IMG/VR virus record: IMGVR_UViG_3300042922_000600
Span: 1-64,000 of that record
Reading direction: 5' to 3' (one strand)
DNA length: 64,000 nt
DNA from: a virus
Below are positions 1 through 8,334 of this stretch, in pieces. A model generated the notes under the pieces. The model saw only the letters and a program-made list of their open reading frames with translations, was not told the origin of the DNA and searched no databases. The position numbers and the translations under genes were made by a program. Within the stretch, counting starts at the first letter, position 1. Each line of letters begins with the position of its first letter.

Positions 1-1290
1 TAAAAAGTACGCCAGCCGGTAAAGCAGGTAAAATGAGCAGGTACCAGGCTTTTTAGTACATATTTAATTATTATAGTATTTTAGCATGTAGCAATAACGA
101 ACATGCATTAAACGGCAATTTATGGCACTTGTGGCTGGAAAATACATGTTTGGCACTAAGGTATAAACATACTAACATACCCCGGAACATTTGCTAGGTG
201 CCGTTTTAGGCACTGTAGCCTGTGACTACTGCAATTGCTTTATTGTAGCCATTTTATAAAGTATTAAAATCCCGGGCCGGGTATCAAATAGGCAGGCAGG
301 CTAATTATAATATACACTATTGCGGAAAAGCATAAACAAGCTATATATTTTCCCATATAATAGCTGGCACATATTATGGGCTACTTTAGGCACTTGACAG
401 CCTTTTGCCTTTGACGCTCGTTATCCTGCCTATAATGCAAATAATGGGAAAACTGTATAAAGCTGGCTGTTAAGCTGTGGGGCTATTAAGTACGGAAAAA
501 CGGCGGCCGGGTATCAAATAGGGCAGGTAACAATTATTGTATATATAAATATTCCATAACTACTAACATAAAAGCATACGATATATAAACATACAAAACA
601 TTTGACAGCACTTTAAACACTTTGACACTGACTTTAATGTACAACTGTACATAATTGGGATTATTTAGTACATGCTGGCTGTAGGCTATTTTAGGCACTT
701 ATATTATCAAGCCTTTAATGCACTCCAAACACTGGGATGTAGGCTAATATTTTAGTGCTATTTAGTTTGACAATATTGTATAACAATGTGGGGTAAAATG
801 TGAGAGATTACTTTTAGGGTATGTACACGCTGACAAACGGTGCACAGGCGCCTTTATACTGTTGTGACGCGATACTTGGAAAACGACTGTGTTGCCTGCT
901 GATATCAATTGTCTTTGCCTTAAATCCGATTTTAAGCTCCCTCCGCCCTTAATTCCGCCAAGTACTCCAATTGCCCACGTGTAGCCAGCTCGTAAACGGG
1001 CCACTGCCACACGTTCCCACACTTGCCCGCACTTTTATACCTGCAAATAAAAACAGCCACACCGGTGCCAAAAGGACAAATAAGGTGCCAAGCTATTTTT
1101 AGTTAGTTGTCCATGCTATTACTATATATATAGGGAAAACGCATAAAGCACTAAAAACAGCTTTGACACTTTTTATTACCTTTGACGCTCATTTATTTTA
1201 GGGGTGCAATTGTATTAAGCCTCCTTTTTCTGCCCTTATATGCCCTTTTACGAGCTCGATATTTAGCTTAAAATACCCATTTTACGCATT
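1..1290. repeat. Non-coding region with degenerate long repeats
   Basis: Exact 18-bp GGCCGGGTATCAAATAGG at 275 and 505 (230 bp apart); CCTTTGACGCTC at 408 and 1179; TTTAGGCACT at 205, 385, 690; no RBS-supported ORF. Confidence 0.7.
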
Positions 1291-1293
1291 ATT

Positions 1294-1735
1294 TTATCCA
1301 CAGTTTATGCCAGTTATCCACAGCTTGCATAGTCAAAGTTATACACAGCTTATCAACATATTTATCCACAGGCGCCTACTTATCCACAGCTAGTCAAGTT
1401 ATCCACAGTATCCACACCCTTGGCACTTATCCACAATTATTGACACTTATCCACAAGCCAAACACTTATCCACAATTTATTGCACTTATCCACAGGGGCA
1501 ACACTTATCCACACTTTGAGCAAGTTATACACAGGCTGTCAAGTTATCCACTGTTTTATGGGGTTATACACACCCCGATTAGTTGTCCACAATTTGGCAA
1601 GTTTATCCACAATAAAATTGTGTCAAGTTGTCCACATTTTTATCCACACCCTGACTAAAATTATCCACAAAGTTGTCCACAATACGAGAATAGTTATCCA
1701 CAACCCCTGCCAAGTTGTCCACACCCTGTTGATAA
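1294..1735 (+). repeat. Array of 25 DnaA boxes (24 forward, 1 reverse)
   Basis: 14 perfect TTATCCACA, 3 TTATACACA, 4 TTGTCCACA and 3 other 1-mismatch boxes on +, one reverse TTATCAACA at 1727-1735; alternating 19/20-bp spacing from 1408 to 1603. Confidence 0.95.
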
Positions 1736-1831
1736 GTGGGAAAGTGACCCGGCCAGAGCGTAAGTCACACCCCCACTGTCTGCTGGCATAACATGCTCCT
1801 TGATATCAATTTGAGTGAATTTTCTGTGATT

Positions 1832-1890
1832 CTACCTGTCAAGCTACTGTATTACCTGTCAAACTACTGTATTGTCTGCCAAGCCCTGCC
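1832..1890. repeat. 20-bp tandem repeat (2 copies plus 1 degenerate)
   Basis: TACCTGTCAA(G/A)CTACTGTAT at 1833 and 1853, degenerate TGTCTGCCAAGCCCTG at 1873. Confidence 0.75.
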
Positions 1891-2306
1891 CGTTAAAGTA
1901 TAAATTTACCCAATTTCTGGCAATTATTTTCATTTTATAAATTTCTGGCTGGCTGGCCTGGTAAAATTTTTGCCATTTCTGGCTAGTTTGTACTGTCTGG
2001 CACTAAAATGCTGTCTGGTACTGATATAAAAGTCTAAAGTTGCCCCCACCCCATTACCGCACCATATAAAAGTAAATCCGTAATATAAAGTTTGACGTAA
2101 GTACTGGAATGCCAAATTTACAGCATAAACTGTTGGACGTATCCACACAATCTTAACTAAGGTTAAATTAAGGGAAGTATCCACAATATTTTAGATTAAT
2201 CCACTTAAATCACGCTTTTTAGAGTGAAAATACCCTCACACATCAGTTGGCTTCGCCAAAACTTAATAAACATAACTACCACGCTGTTTTAGTGTATACT
2301 GTAGCC

Positions 2307-2357
2307 CCTTAATTCTGCCTTTAGGGCATAAAAAATAGTAGGGTAATACATTTATAC
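2307..2357 (-). promoter_or_regulatory. Bipartite dispersed motif GTATAAATGTATTACCC...GGCAGAATTAAGG (copy on - strand)
   Basis: Same two elements with the same 38-bp offset at 25516 and 60996. Confidence 0.6.
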
Positions 2358-2395
2358 CCTCGTAAAATTGCGTGCAAAACTCCTGTTATTATTTG

Positions 2396-2425
2396 TTTAC
2401 AGTTGGCGCTGAGTGGTTTTATACT
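2396..2425 (+). promoter_or_regulatory. Promoter TTTACA-N18-TATACT heading the early operon
   Basis: Identical architecture repeated at 8296, 46677, 49660, 57363. Confidence 0.75.
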
Positions 2426-2503
2426 GTAGTAAGTTTAAGTACTTAGGCGCCCGGTTGGGGGCAGTTTTACTAAACTATACTAGGAAATTTGGAGGAAAGT
2501 TGT

Positions 2504-2728
2504 ATGAGTAGAGACTTAAGAATTGGATTCGAAGTAGAGCAATTTAAAACTATGAAGCCTATTGCAGAATATACGAATGAGGAACTTTTAGAGTATTGGC
2601 GTATGCTGAGAATGACTTGTAAAACAGGTCCATGTGATTTGAAGTCTATGGTGAGCAGTAAAGAATTTTCGTCCTACGCTTTTGTTATAGATTTACAAGA
2701 TGAGATACTTAAGAGGATGAATAAGTAG
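2504..2728 (+). CDS. hypothetical protein
   Basis: ORF with GGAGG RBS before ATG 2504. Confidence 0.7.
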   Translation: MSRDLRIGFEVEQFKTMKPIAEYTNEELLEYWRMLRMTCKTGPCDLKSMVSSKEFSSYAFVIDLQDEILKRMNK

Positions 2729-2770
2729 TAGGTGCCCGGTTTGGGTAATTTTTATTAAAGGAGAAATAGT

Positions 2771-2938
2771 ATGAATGCCCTCAAACGGAAATTGAGTACA
2801 ATGGGTAGAAAAGATGCACTAAATTGGTACCTTAAGTTGTACCCAAACAGTCCTGTAAGGCGTAAGAGCGCCATATACAGAGACATAATGAAAAGAGCTC
2901 GTACTAAACTGAAGGAGGAATTTAGATGTCTAAAGTAA
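2771..2938 (+). CDS. small basic hypothetical protein (55 aa, not in ORF track)
   Basis: AAGGAG RBS; MNALKRKLSTMGRKDALNWYLKLYP...; overlaps next start. Confidence 0.6.
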   Translation: MNALKRKLSTMGRKDALNWYLKLYPNSPVRRKSAIYRDIMKRARTKLKEEFRCLK

Positions 2939-3201
2939 AAGAATTTTTTGAGCCCATAGATAGTGCTGAGAGAAAGAGGATACGTGAGCAAATAAGAACT
3001 AATTATGATGCCACTATATTTGTACGTGACATGGAATATTTAGCCAAGGACAAGACGCCGGAGGAACTTTACGAATTGTATGTACTTATGTTATTTGTTG
3101 ACAAGGGAATGGACCGCAAGTTAGTTGATAGACAGCTTGATGATATAGTGGCATTGAAGGAAAGACTAAAGTTGGAGGCGATGAGAGATGAAGGCAAGTA
3201 A
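2926..3201 (+). CDS. hypothetical protein
   Basis: AAGGAGG RBS, coupled ORF. Confidence 0.7.
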   Translation: MSKVKEFFEPIDSAERKRIREQIRTNYDATIFVRDMEYLAKDKTPEELYELYVLMLFVDKGMDRKLVDRQLDDIVALKERLKLEAMRDEGK

Positions 3202-3466
3202 ATGGAGATGTGAAGTGTGTGCACAAGAATTTGATAGTGAGATGGGTGCCGCGGATTGCGAAGTGTCCCACGGACAACAATGTGACTGTCAAATAAGAAG
3301 GTATACGAGACTACACAGCTGTCCAGTAGGGCAATCCAAGACGCTTTATGTAAGTGTTAATTACAATGAAAAGGCTATAGAGTTTGAGACCTATGGTGGA
3401 TATCTTAAGTTGAATGTGAAACAGATTAAAATAACCCACTGCCCATTCTGTGGCAGAGAATTGTAG
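3188..3466 (+). CDS. zinc-finger protein (CxxC...C-x3-H and C-terminal CPFCG)
   Basis: WRCEVC...CEVSH and HCPFCGREL motifs. Confidence 0.7.
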   Translation: MKASKWRCEVCAQEFDSEMGAADCEVSHGQQCDCQIRRYTRLHSCPVGQSKTLYVSVNYNEKAIEFETYGGYLKLNVKQIKITHCPFCGREL

Positions 3467-3476
3467 GGTTAACACT

Positions 3477-3635
3477 ATGAATGAGACAACCTATAAGGAA
3501 TTACAGAAAAGATTTACTAATAAACTCAACAACACTGACTTGACAGGAAAGCGGAAAGAAGGTTATGAGGAAGGTATCTTAGCATGTAAGTCTATACTTA
3601 GAGAGATTTATCAAAAGGAGAACAAACAGATATAG
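3477..3635 (+). CDS. hypothetical protein
   Basis: ORF in operon context. Confidence 0.55.
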   Translation: MNETTYKELQKRFTNKLNNTDLTGKRKEGYEEGILACKSILREIYQKENKQI

Positions 3636-3645
3636 GAGGGATTAT

Positions 3646-3756
3646 ATGCCATGTTTTGGAAGGTACGACGAGACATCCGCAGTTTGCTACTTATGTGAAG
3701 ATGACAGACTATGTAAAGCGTATATGGCGGAACAAGAATTAGAAAAGAGTAATTGA
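3646..3756 (+). CDS. 36-aa Cys-rich microprotein (not in ORF track)
   Basis: AGGAGG RBS; MPCFGRYDETSAVCYLCEDDRLCKAY... Confidence 0.55.
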   Translation: MPCFGRYDETSAVCYLCEDDRLCKAYMAEQELEKSN

Positions 3757-3777
3757 TTAAAATTATGGAGGATTCAA

Positions 3778-4398
3778 ATGGAACATACAGTATCAATATC
3801 AAAAGAAAAATTCGAGCCACTTGCTGACGGAAGAGTAAACTTTATAATAGTCAAGAAAAGTGATGGATATTTCAGCATTGGGGACAAGCTACTTATAAAA
3901 GGGCATAAACAGGGCATTTATATAGGTAAGTCAGTCAAGCGTGAGATTACATTTGTACAGGGGCAAGAGGGAATAGACCCTTATATAAGATTTGTTGCTC
4001 TGTCACTCAGGCCATTTGAGGTGGAAGCAACTGCAGAAATGAGTGCGTTGGAATATTTAGAGCGTAAGTCCAGAATGTTAAAAGGATGTACACCACAACA
4101 TGAATGCAAGTACTGCTCATTCAGCGAGTATATGGATGGGAGACATATTTCCTGCCACGAACTCGAGCGACTGGACCCCAAAAAATTCATTGACGGGGTT
4201 AAAAACTGGGCTAAAATGAATCCACCTACCACGTACATAAGTGTGCTACGGGAAAAATTGCCTAACATACCCGTAAATATGAGAGGAATTCCAGAGACAT
4301 GCATTAAGAATTACTTTGGAAAAGAGCCTGAGGTAGACTGCACTAAATTTAGGAACTGTATTGAATGCTGGAATAGACCATACAAGGAAGAGCAATAA
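3778..4398 (+). CDS. ASCH/DUF3850-like domain fused to Cys-rich domain
   Basis: N-term HTVSISKEKFEPLADGRVNFIIVKK..FSIGDKLLI resembles DUF3850; C-term CxxC clusters ending CIECWN. Confidence 0.6.
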   Translation: MEHTVSISKEKFEPLADGRVNFIIVKKSDGYFSIGDKLLIKGHKQGIYIGKSVKREITFVQGQEGIDPYIRFVALSLRPFEVEATAEMSALEYLERKSRMLKGCTPQHECKYCSFSEYMDGRHISCHELERLDPKKFIDGVKNWAKMNPPTTYISVLREKLPNIPVNMRGIPETCIKNYFGKEPEVDCTKFRNCIECWNRPYKEEQ

Positions 4399-4420
4399 GG
4401 TTAAAGAATGGAGGGTGAGA

Positions 4421-4627
4421 ATGTCAGACGCAAACATACAAACGGTAATGGATACGCAGAATGTCGCTAATATGATTACTAACTTTTTGTACATTGATGG
4501 AAAAGCAAGAAACGGAGTAAAATCTGACCTAACTAATGAGCAATGCCTCGATATGCTCAAGCGTGTGGAATCCTATCTGTACGATTCTTATACGGAGGCG
4601 GCAAGATTCTTGGGTTGGATAGACTAA
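4421..4627 (+). CDS. hypothetical protein
   Basis: GGAGG RBS before ATG 4421. Confidence 0.6.
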   Translation: MSDANIQTVMDTQNVANMITNFLYIDGKARNGVKSDLTNEQCLDMLKRVESYLYDSYTEAARFLGWID

Positions 4628-4647
4628 TTGGAAGGGGAGGAAAAGTG

Positions 4648-5058
4648 ATGAAACTGTATACAAAATGCAATAGATGTGAAGAGGAATTGAGTTTTGACAG
4701 TACTTCAAGCAATGTTGACAACGGAGTTGTTATAAATGAGGAAGTACTTTGCTTGAAATGCCTTGAGAAGGAATCAAAGGAATTGTTGGAGTCGAAACAG
4801 AAGATATTGAATAAAATTGGGCTAAGTGAAGGGCACAGACATACTAGAATAAAAGATAATGTGCTCTACATTGTTACTGATATAGGTGGAATTAATAGAG
4901 ATTATTATGGAATTGATGAATATACATTGGTGACAAATACCTTAACTGGCGGAATGTCTATTTGCAAGGACGGGGAGGAGCAACTTGAACTTGACATAAC
5001 AATATCAATTGGAGCTCTAACGAATATTATTAAGGTAATGAAATTTATGTGTGATTAG
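4648..5058 (+). CDS. hypothetical protein with N-terminal CxxC..CxxC
   Basis: GGAGG RBS; CNRC and CLKC. Confidence 0.65.
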   Translation: MKLYTKCNRCEEELSFDSTSSNVDNGVVINEEVLCLKCLEKESKELLESKQKILNKIGLSEGHRHTRIKDNVLYIVTDIGGINRDYYGIDEYTLVTNTLTGGMSICKDGEEQLELDITISIGALTNIIKVMKFMCD

Positions 5059-5069
5059 GAGGTCGTGCA

Positions 5070-5411
5070 ATGGATGGCAAGTTTGATAAAGATTTAACAC
5101 TTAGGATATTGAATACTGAGCCCCAATTTGGGCACAAACACTTGTTGGAGGATGGTCAACCTAAGCCATGTTGCCCTATGTGTGAGAGTGGGCATATAGT
5201 AAAATTTGAACACTTGGCAAAACAATCCAAACAAGCAGAACAGGTGATGTTTGAGGGCAGAGTGGCGGAAAAACTATTTCAGATGGGTGTTCCATTTAAT
5301 ATGATACACGACACAATTGAAATACACGTGAATGATGGAGGGGACGTGGATAAGTTAGTGGACACAATAATGAAGGGCATTTCAGACTTACTGCCCAAGG
5401 ATGGGTGTTAG
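5070..5411 (+). CDS. hypothetical protein
   Basis: AGGAGG RBS; CCPMC motif. Confidence 0.65.
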   Translation: MDGKFDKDLTLRILNTEPQFGHKHLLEDGQPKPCCPMCESGHIVKFEHLAKQSKQAEQVMFEGRVAEKLFQMGVPFNMIHDTIEIHVNDGGDVDKLVDTIMKGISDLLPKDGC

Positions 5412-5730
5412 TCAAATGCGTACTTTTAAGCAAGTGAGTGAAGCAACCCTAAGAGAATGGCTTAATGCTGGTAAAGGAACACCTACTGACGTACTATGCG
5501 AATGCGGGAATGGGACTTTAGTGGTTAGACAGGGACAGCAAAGATTTTTTGGGTGCAGTAATTATCCATTCTGCCACCGTACTTACACCATAAAGGAACG
5601 TGGAACTGCAATTGCAAACCCTGCCTTAATATTTAATGCACTTGAATTAAGTTTTGGGGATGAACAGGAGGAGGATGAATTTTGGTATGATATGTATCCG
5701 GGTGGGATACACTGTAAAGATGATATGTAG
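5401..5730 (+). CDS. stand-alone topoisomerase-type C4 zinc ribbon protein
   Basis: CECGNGTLVVRQGQQRFFGCSNYPFC matches the zf-C4_Topoisom pattern. Confidence 0.75.
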   Translation: MGVSQMRTFKQVSEATLREWLNAGKGTPTDVLCECGNGTLVVRQGQQRFFGCSNYPFCHRTYTIKERGTAIANPALIFNALELSFGDEQEEDEFWYDMYPGGIHCKDDM

Positions 5731-5748
5731 AGGAAGGAGGAATAAATT

Positions 5749-5919
5749 ATGCCATGGGTATGTAAAACATGTAGAAAGCGTAGAAAGAAATGCGACTTTA
5801 TGACAAATAAAAATTGCTACAGTCCAACTCTTGCGGCTAGGGTAGATAAACTTCTATCTGGACCAAGAAAATTAGTGCGTTGCATTGTTAAAGTATTTAG
5901 AGGTGAGGAAATTGAGTAG
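5749..5919 (+). CDS. small basic Cys-rich protein (56 aa, not in ORF track)
   Basis: AAGGAGG RBS; MPWVCKTCRKRRKKC... Confidence 0.55.
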   Translation: MPWVCKTCRKRRKKCDFMTNKNCYSPTLAARVDKLLSGPRKLVRCIVKVFRGEEIE

Positions 5920-6091
5920 ATTTTGGGCAAATCATGAAGAGGAATCACTTTTGATAACCACCGACGACTTAAGTGAGTGCAAGAACCACCCTGAACTACT
6001 GGAGGGCTTCACCGAAATAGACGAGGTGCAGTTTGGTAGGCTGGATGCTATGTGCTATATAATATCACTTGTGGAGGCTGTGGATGAATAA
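5885..6091 (+). CDS. hypothetical protein (start likely TTG 5912)
   Basis: GAGGTGAGG upstream, operon context. Confidence 0.55.
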   Translation: MLKYLEVRKLSRFWANHEEESLLITTDDLSECKNHPELLEGFTEIDEVQFGRLDAMCYIISLVEAVDE

Positions 6092-6479
6092 AGAAATTTT
6101 AATATTTGCATCAGGCATAAATATTGGGATACTGTTAACATTTCTAGGCTATGAAATTCTAGGGAACACCAAGGAGGAAAAGATGAATAAAATTAACGTT
6201 AGGTACCAAATTGACCCACTGATTTATATGTTTTTGAAGAAGCCTTTTGAGGCACAAAGACGTGGTACCCCTAAGTATTTAATTGTAGTAGATTCTTTTA
6301 AGGAGGCTACAAAGTACTACCATTTCTATGTATCTTATAGCAAGGTACTACTTATGAGCCCTGGTAATACAAAGGAAGGAAGGATTGTTATCAGTAAAGA
6401 GGACCTTTCAGCATGTAACAGTGTAAGGCAGTTGAAATCGTTAATTGTTGACAGAATTTTACACGGAATGGTAGCTTAG
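6069..6479 (+). CDS. hypothetical protein with N-terminal TM helix
   Basis: ILIFASGINIGILLTFLGY; internal RBS at ~6171 suggests an alternative start. Confidence 0.6.
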   Translation: MWRLWMNKEILIFASGINIGILLTFLGYEILGNTKEEKMNKINVRYQIDPLIYMFLKKPFEAQRRGTPKYLIVVDSFKEATKYYHFYVSYSKVLLMSPGNTKEGRIVISKEDLSACNSVRQLKSLIVDRILHGMVA

Positions 6480-6488
6480 GAGGAGCAA

Positions 6489-6623
6489 ATGGCAAATATT
6501 TATATAATGGATGAATTTGATTATCTTAAAATAGAGGAAGCCCTTCAAAAGGCAACCACTTTGGATGATATGAAAGACGCAATGTTGCTCTTTTTAAAGA
6601 CTATGCCAGTTGAAAGGCAATAA
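6489..6623 (+). CDS. 44-aa hypothetical protein (not in ORF track)
   Basis: AGGAGGAG RBS; fills the gap exactly. Confidence 0.55.
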   Translation: MANIYIMDEFDYLKIEEALQKATTLDDMKDAMLLFLKTMPVERQ

Positions 6624-6635
6624 GGAGGTACAAAA

Positions 6636-6959
6636 ATGGGAAAATGCATTAGTTGCAAATCAAAGGTTGAATTAAAAGTGTGGAATGGCATTGGAATAGT
6701 AGTTAATGGCAGGTCGTTAATACCAGCAAGTAGCATGACTACGGATGAGGAAAATTGTAGCTGTTCGAATCCAATGAGTGAGTTTTACAATAGTGGCATA
6801 AGCAGAAATAATAGTTGCAATCTTTACGAATATGATATTACCCCAGGAAAGAAGTTAGTGAATGATGACGGATTTGATAGGTGCCCCGACTGCTGTACAA
6901 TAATAGACAATTATCACTATAAATTTTGCCCTGAGTGTGGCATAAAAATAGAGTCCTAG
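6636..6959 (+). CDS. Cys-rich zinc-ribbon protein
   Basis: CISC, CPDCC, FCPECG motifs. Confidence 0.65.
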   Translation: MGKCISCKSKVELKVWNGIGIVVNGRSLIPASSMTTDEENCSCSNPMSEFYNSGISRNNSCNLYEYDITPGKKLVNDDGFDRCPDCCTIIDNYHYKFCPECGIKIES

Positions 6960-6969
6960 GAGGTATGAG

Positions 6970-7293
6970 ATGGAAGACGATATTAAAGTTAGAAAACTGT
7001 ATCACTGTACACTTAAAAACAATATGGACAGTATTCAAGATGAAGGAATAAACCGCAGTTGCGATGGTGTTGTGTACTTGGCGGATTCTGCAGATAACTC
7101 GGCTAAGTTTTTAGTGATACGTGGATTCAGTCCAGAAAATTTAGTGTCATTTGAGGTGGATGTAGATGAATTGGACCGTAGCAAGTTGGATTATTCTTAT
7201 GACCATAACGAAGCATTCTTTGGTTGTAAGGCTTACGTGTATGCGGACGATATTTCAGCAGGTGCCCTAATTGACATGTATGAATTTGAGTGA
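6970..7293 (+). CDS. ADP-ribosyltransferase-fold (KptA/Tpt1 NAD-binding-like) protein
   Basis: LYHCT..NMDSIQDEGI...VVYLA resembles the LYHGT..SI..GL..VHLS signature. Confidence 0.55.
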   Translation: MEDDIKVRKLYHCTLKNNMDSIQDEGINRSCDGVVYLADSADNSAKFLVIRGFSPENLVSFEVDVDELDRSKLDYSYDHNEAFFGCKAYVYADDISAGALIDMYEFE

Positions 7294-7784
7294 GGAGGTT
7301 TAAAATGAAAGACGATGAAGTAAATGTATGGCAATATGAGGCAAAATTCCCGATATTGGACAGATTGATTATGCCAATGGGCAGTGACGCCCTGGTTAGA
7401 GGTCAAAAGGCGATTGCAGTGCAGTCGATGATTGATAAAATCCCGGACATTGACCCCGATAGTATAGTGTGCATAGGAACAGAGTCAGATGTTGACCCAG
7501 TTTATGGGCATGCTGTGGTAAGAATCAGATTCAAATACAAGTGCAAGGTGGAAATTCCAAAGGAAGGGCTCAGCCCCTCCGATTTAGTACCTATAGCTCT
7601 AGTGACACGAGACGGCATATCAAATCTGTTACGGCACTATAACCATAAAAAAGTTGAATTAAGAGAGTCACTTTCACCCTTCATTGCCGACTACGAGAAG
7701 GGGCTATATGCAGGTCAAATGAATACTCTAAACTTAGTGATTGCTGACCTGGAAAATTTAATGAACGGTGGTGGCGTTAAATGA
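7290..7784 (+). CDS. hypothetical protein
   Basis: ORF; RBS suggests start 7305. Confidence 0.65.
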   Translation: MRRFKMKDDEVNVWQYEAKFPILDRLIMPMGSDALVRGQKAIAVQSMIDKIPDIDPDSIVCIGTESDVDPVYGHAVVRIRFKYKCKVEIPKEGLSPSDLVPIALVTRDGISNLLRHYNHKKVELRESLSPFIADYEKGLYAGQMNTLNLVIADLENLMNGGGVK

Positions 7785-8305
7785 GGGGAAAGCTTAAATC
7801 CCTTGCAGGTAAGATAATCACTGTTACAGGAACTTTCGTTAGGTATGGTGTCAAGGAGGGTGATGGTTCAAAGTGGAATACTGCAATAATTACTGGTGTT
7901 AAAAAGGGAAATGAATTAATATCCGACCATTTATGGTTCACTATGGCAAAAGCGTGGCTGAAGACGGAGTTAACAGTGGGTACGGAAGTCAAAGTGACTG
8001 GTAAGGTATACAGATACAAAAGGTCAAATGGCAGTGTTGACTATGGTCTTCAGGACACACGTGAATTAGTTGTCCTAAAGCAAGGGGAAGGTGACGTGGC
8101 ACCTGCTAAACAGTGGAGTAGCGGTGGCTTTGAATATTTTAAATACCTGACTAATGCGGGGCCTAGATGGTACAAAGCTAAGGATGGGAATGTATTCCGA
8201 GTTGAGTTTAAGTATGCGGGAACCTTCTTTCAGGAAAGCTTGCTAAACACAGAGCTGGAAGATGCAAAGTATATGGAACTCATACAAAAAATTATTTTAC
8301 AGTAG
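7781..8305 (+). CDS. putative OB-fold protein
   Basis: GTFVRYG...DHLWF...VGTEVKVTGKVYRY...DYGL beta-strand pattern. Confidence 0.5.
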   Translation: MRGKLKSLAGKIITVTGTFVRYGVKEGDGSKWNTAIITGVKKGNELISDHLWFTMAKAWLKTELTVGTEVKVTGKVYRYKRSNGSVDYGLQDTRELVVLKQGEGDVAPAKQWSSGGFEYFKYLTNAGPRWYKAKDGNVFRVEFKYAGTFFQESLLNTELEDAKYMELIQKIILQ

Positions 8306-8325
8306 CAAATGAATGGTTTTATACT
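8296..8325 (+). promoter_or_regulatory. Promoter TTTACA-N18-TATACT upstream of the tRNA-like RNA
   Basis: Exact match to the recurring promoter architecture. Confidence 0.75.
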
Positions 8326-8334
8326 GTACTATAA

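Noticed and set aside
1294-1735. CRISPR array or host oriC
   Set aside because: The repeat is a 9-mer with 0-16-bp gaps, not CRISPR geometry, and there are no cas genes. No dnaA, dnaN, rpmH or gidA context and no DnaA-trio run support a chromosomal oriC, though sequence left of the window is unseen.
1440-1791. ORFs 1440-1658 and 1480-1791
   Set aside because: Translations (IH/YP/LST repeats) are by-products of the DnaA-box array; no RBS.
1815-1925. CodY boxes (AATTTTCTG..., CAATTTCTGGCAATT)
   Set aside because: Four mismatches to AATTTTCWGAAAATT in AT-rich DNA; not distinguishable from chance.
762-2184. Minus-strand ORFs 762-1022 and 1930-2184
   Set aside because: No RBS, atypical composition, and they overlap repeat elements.
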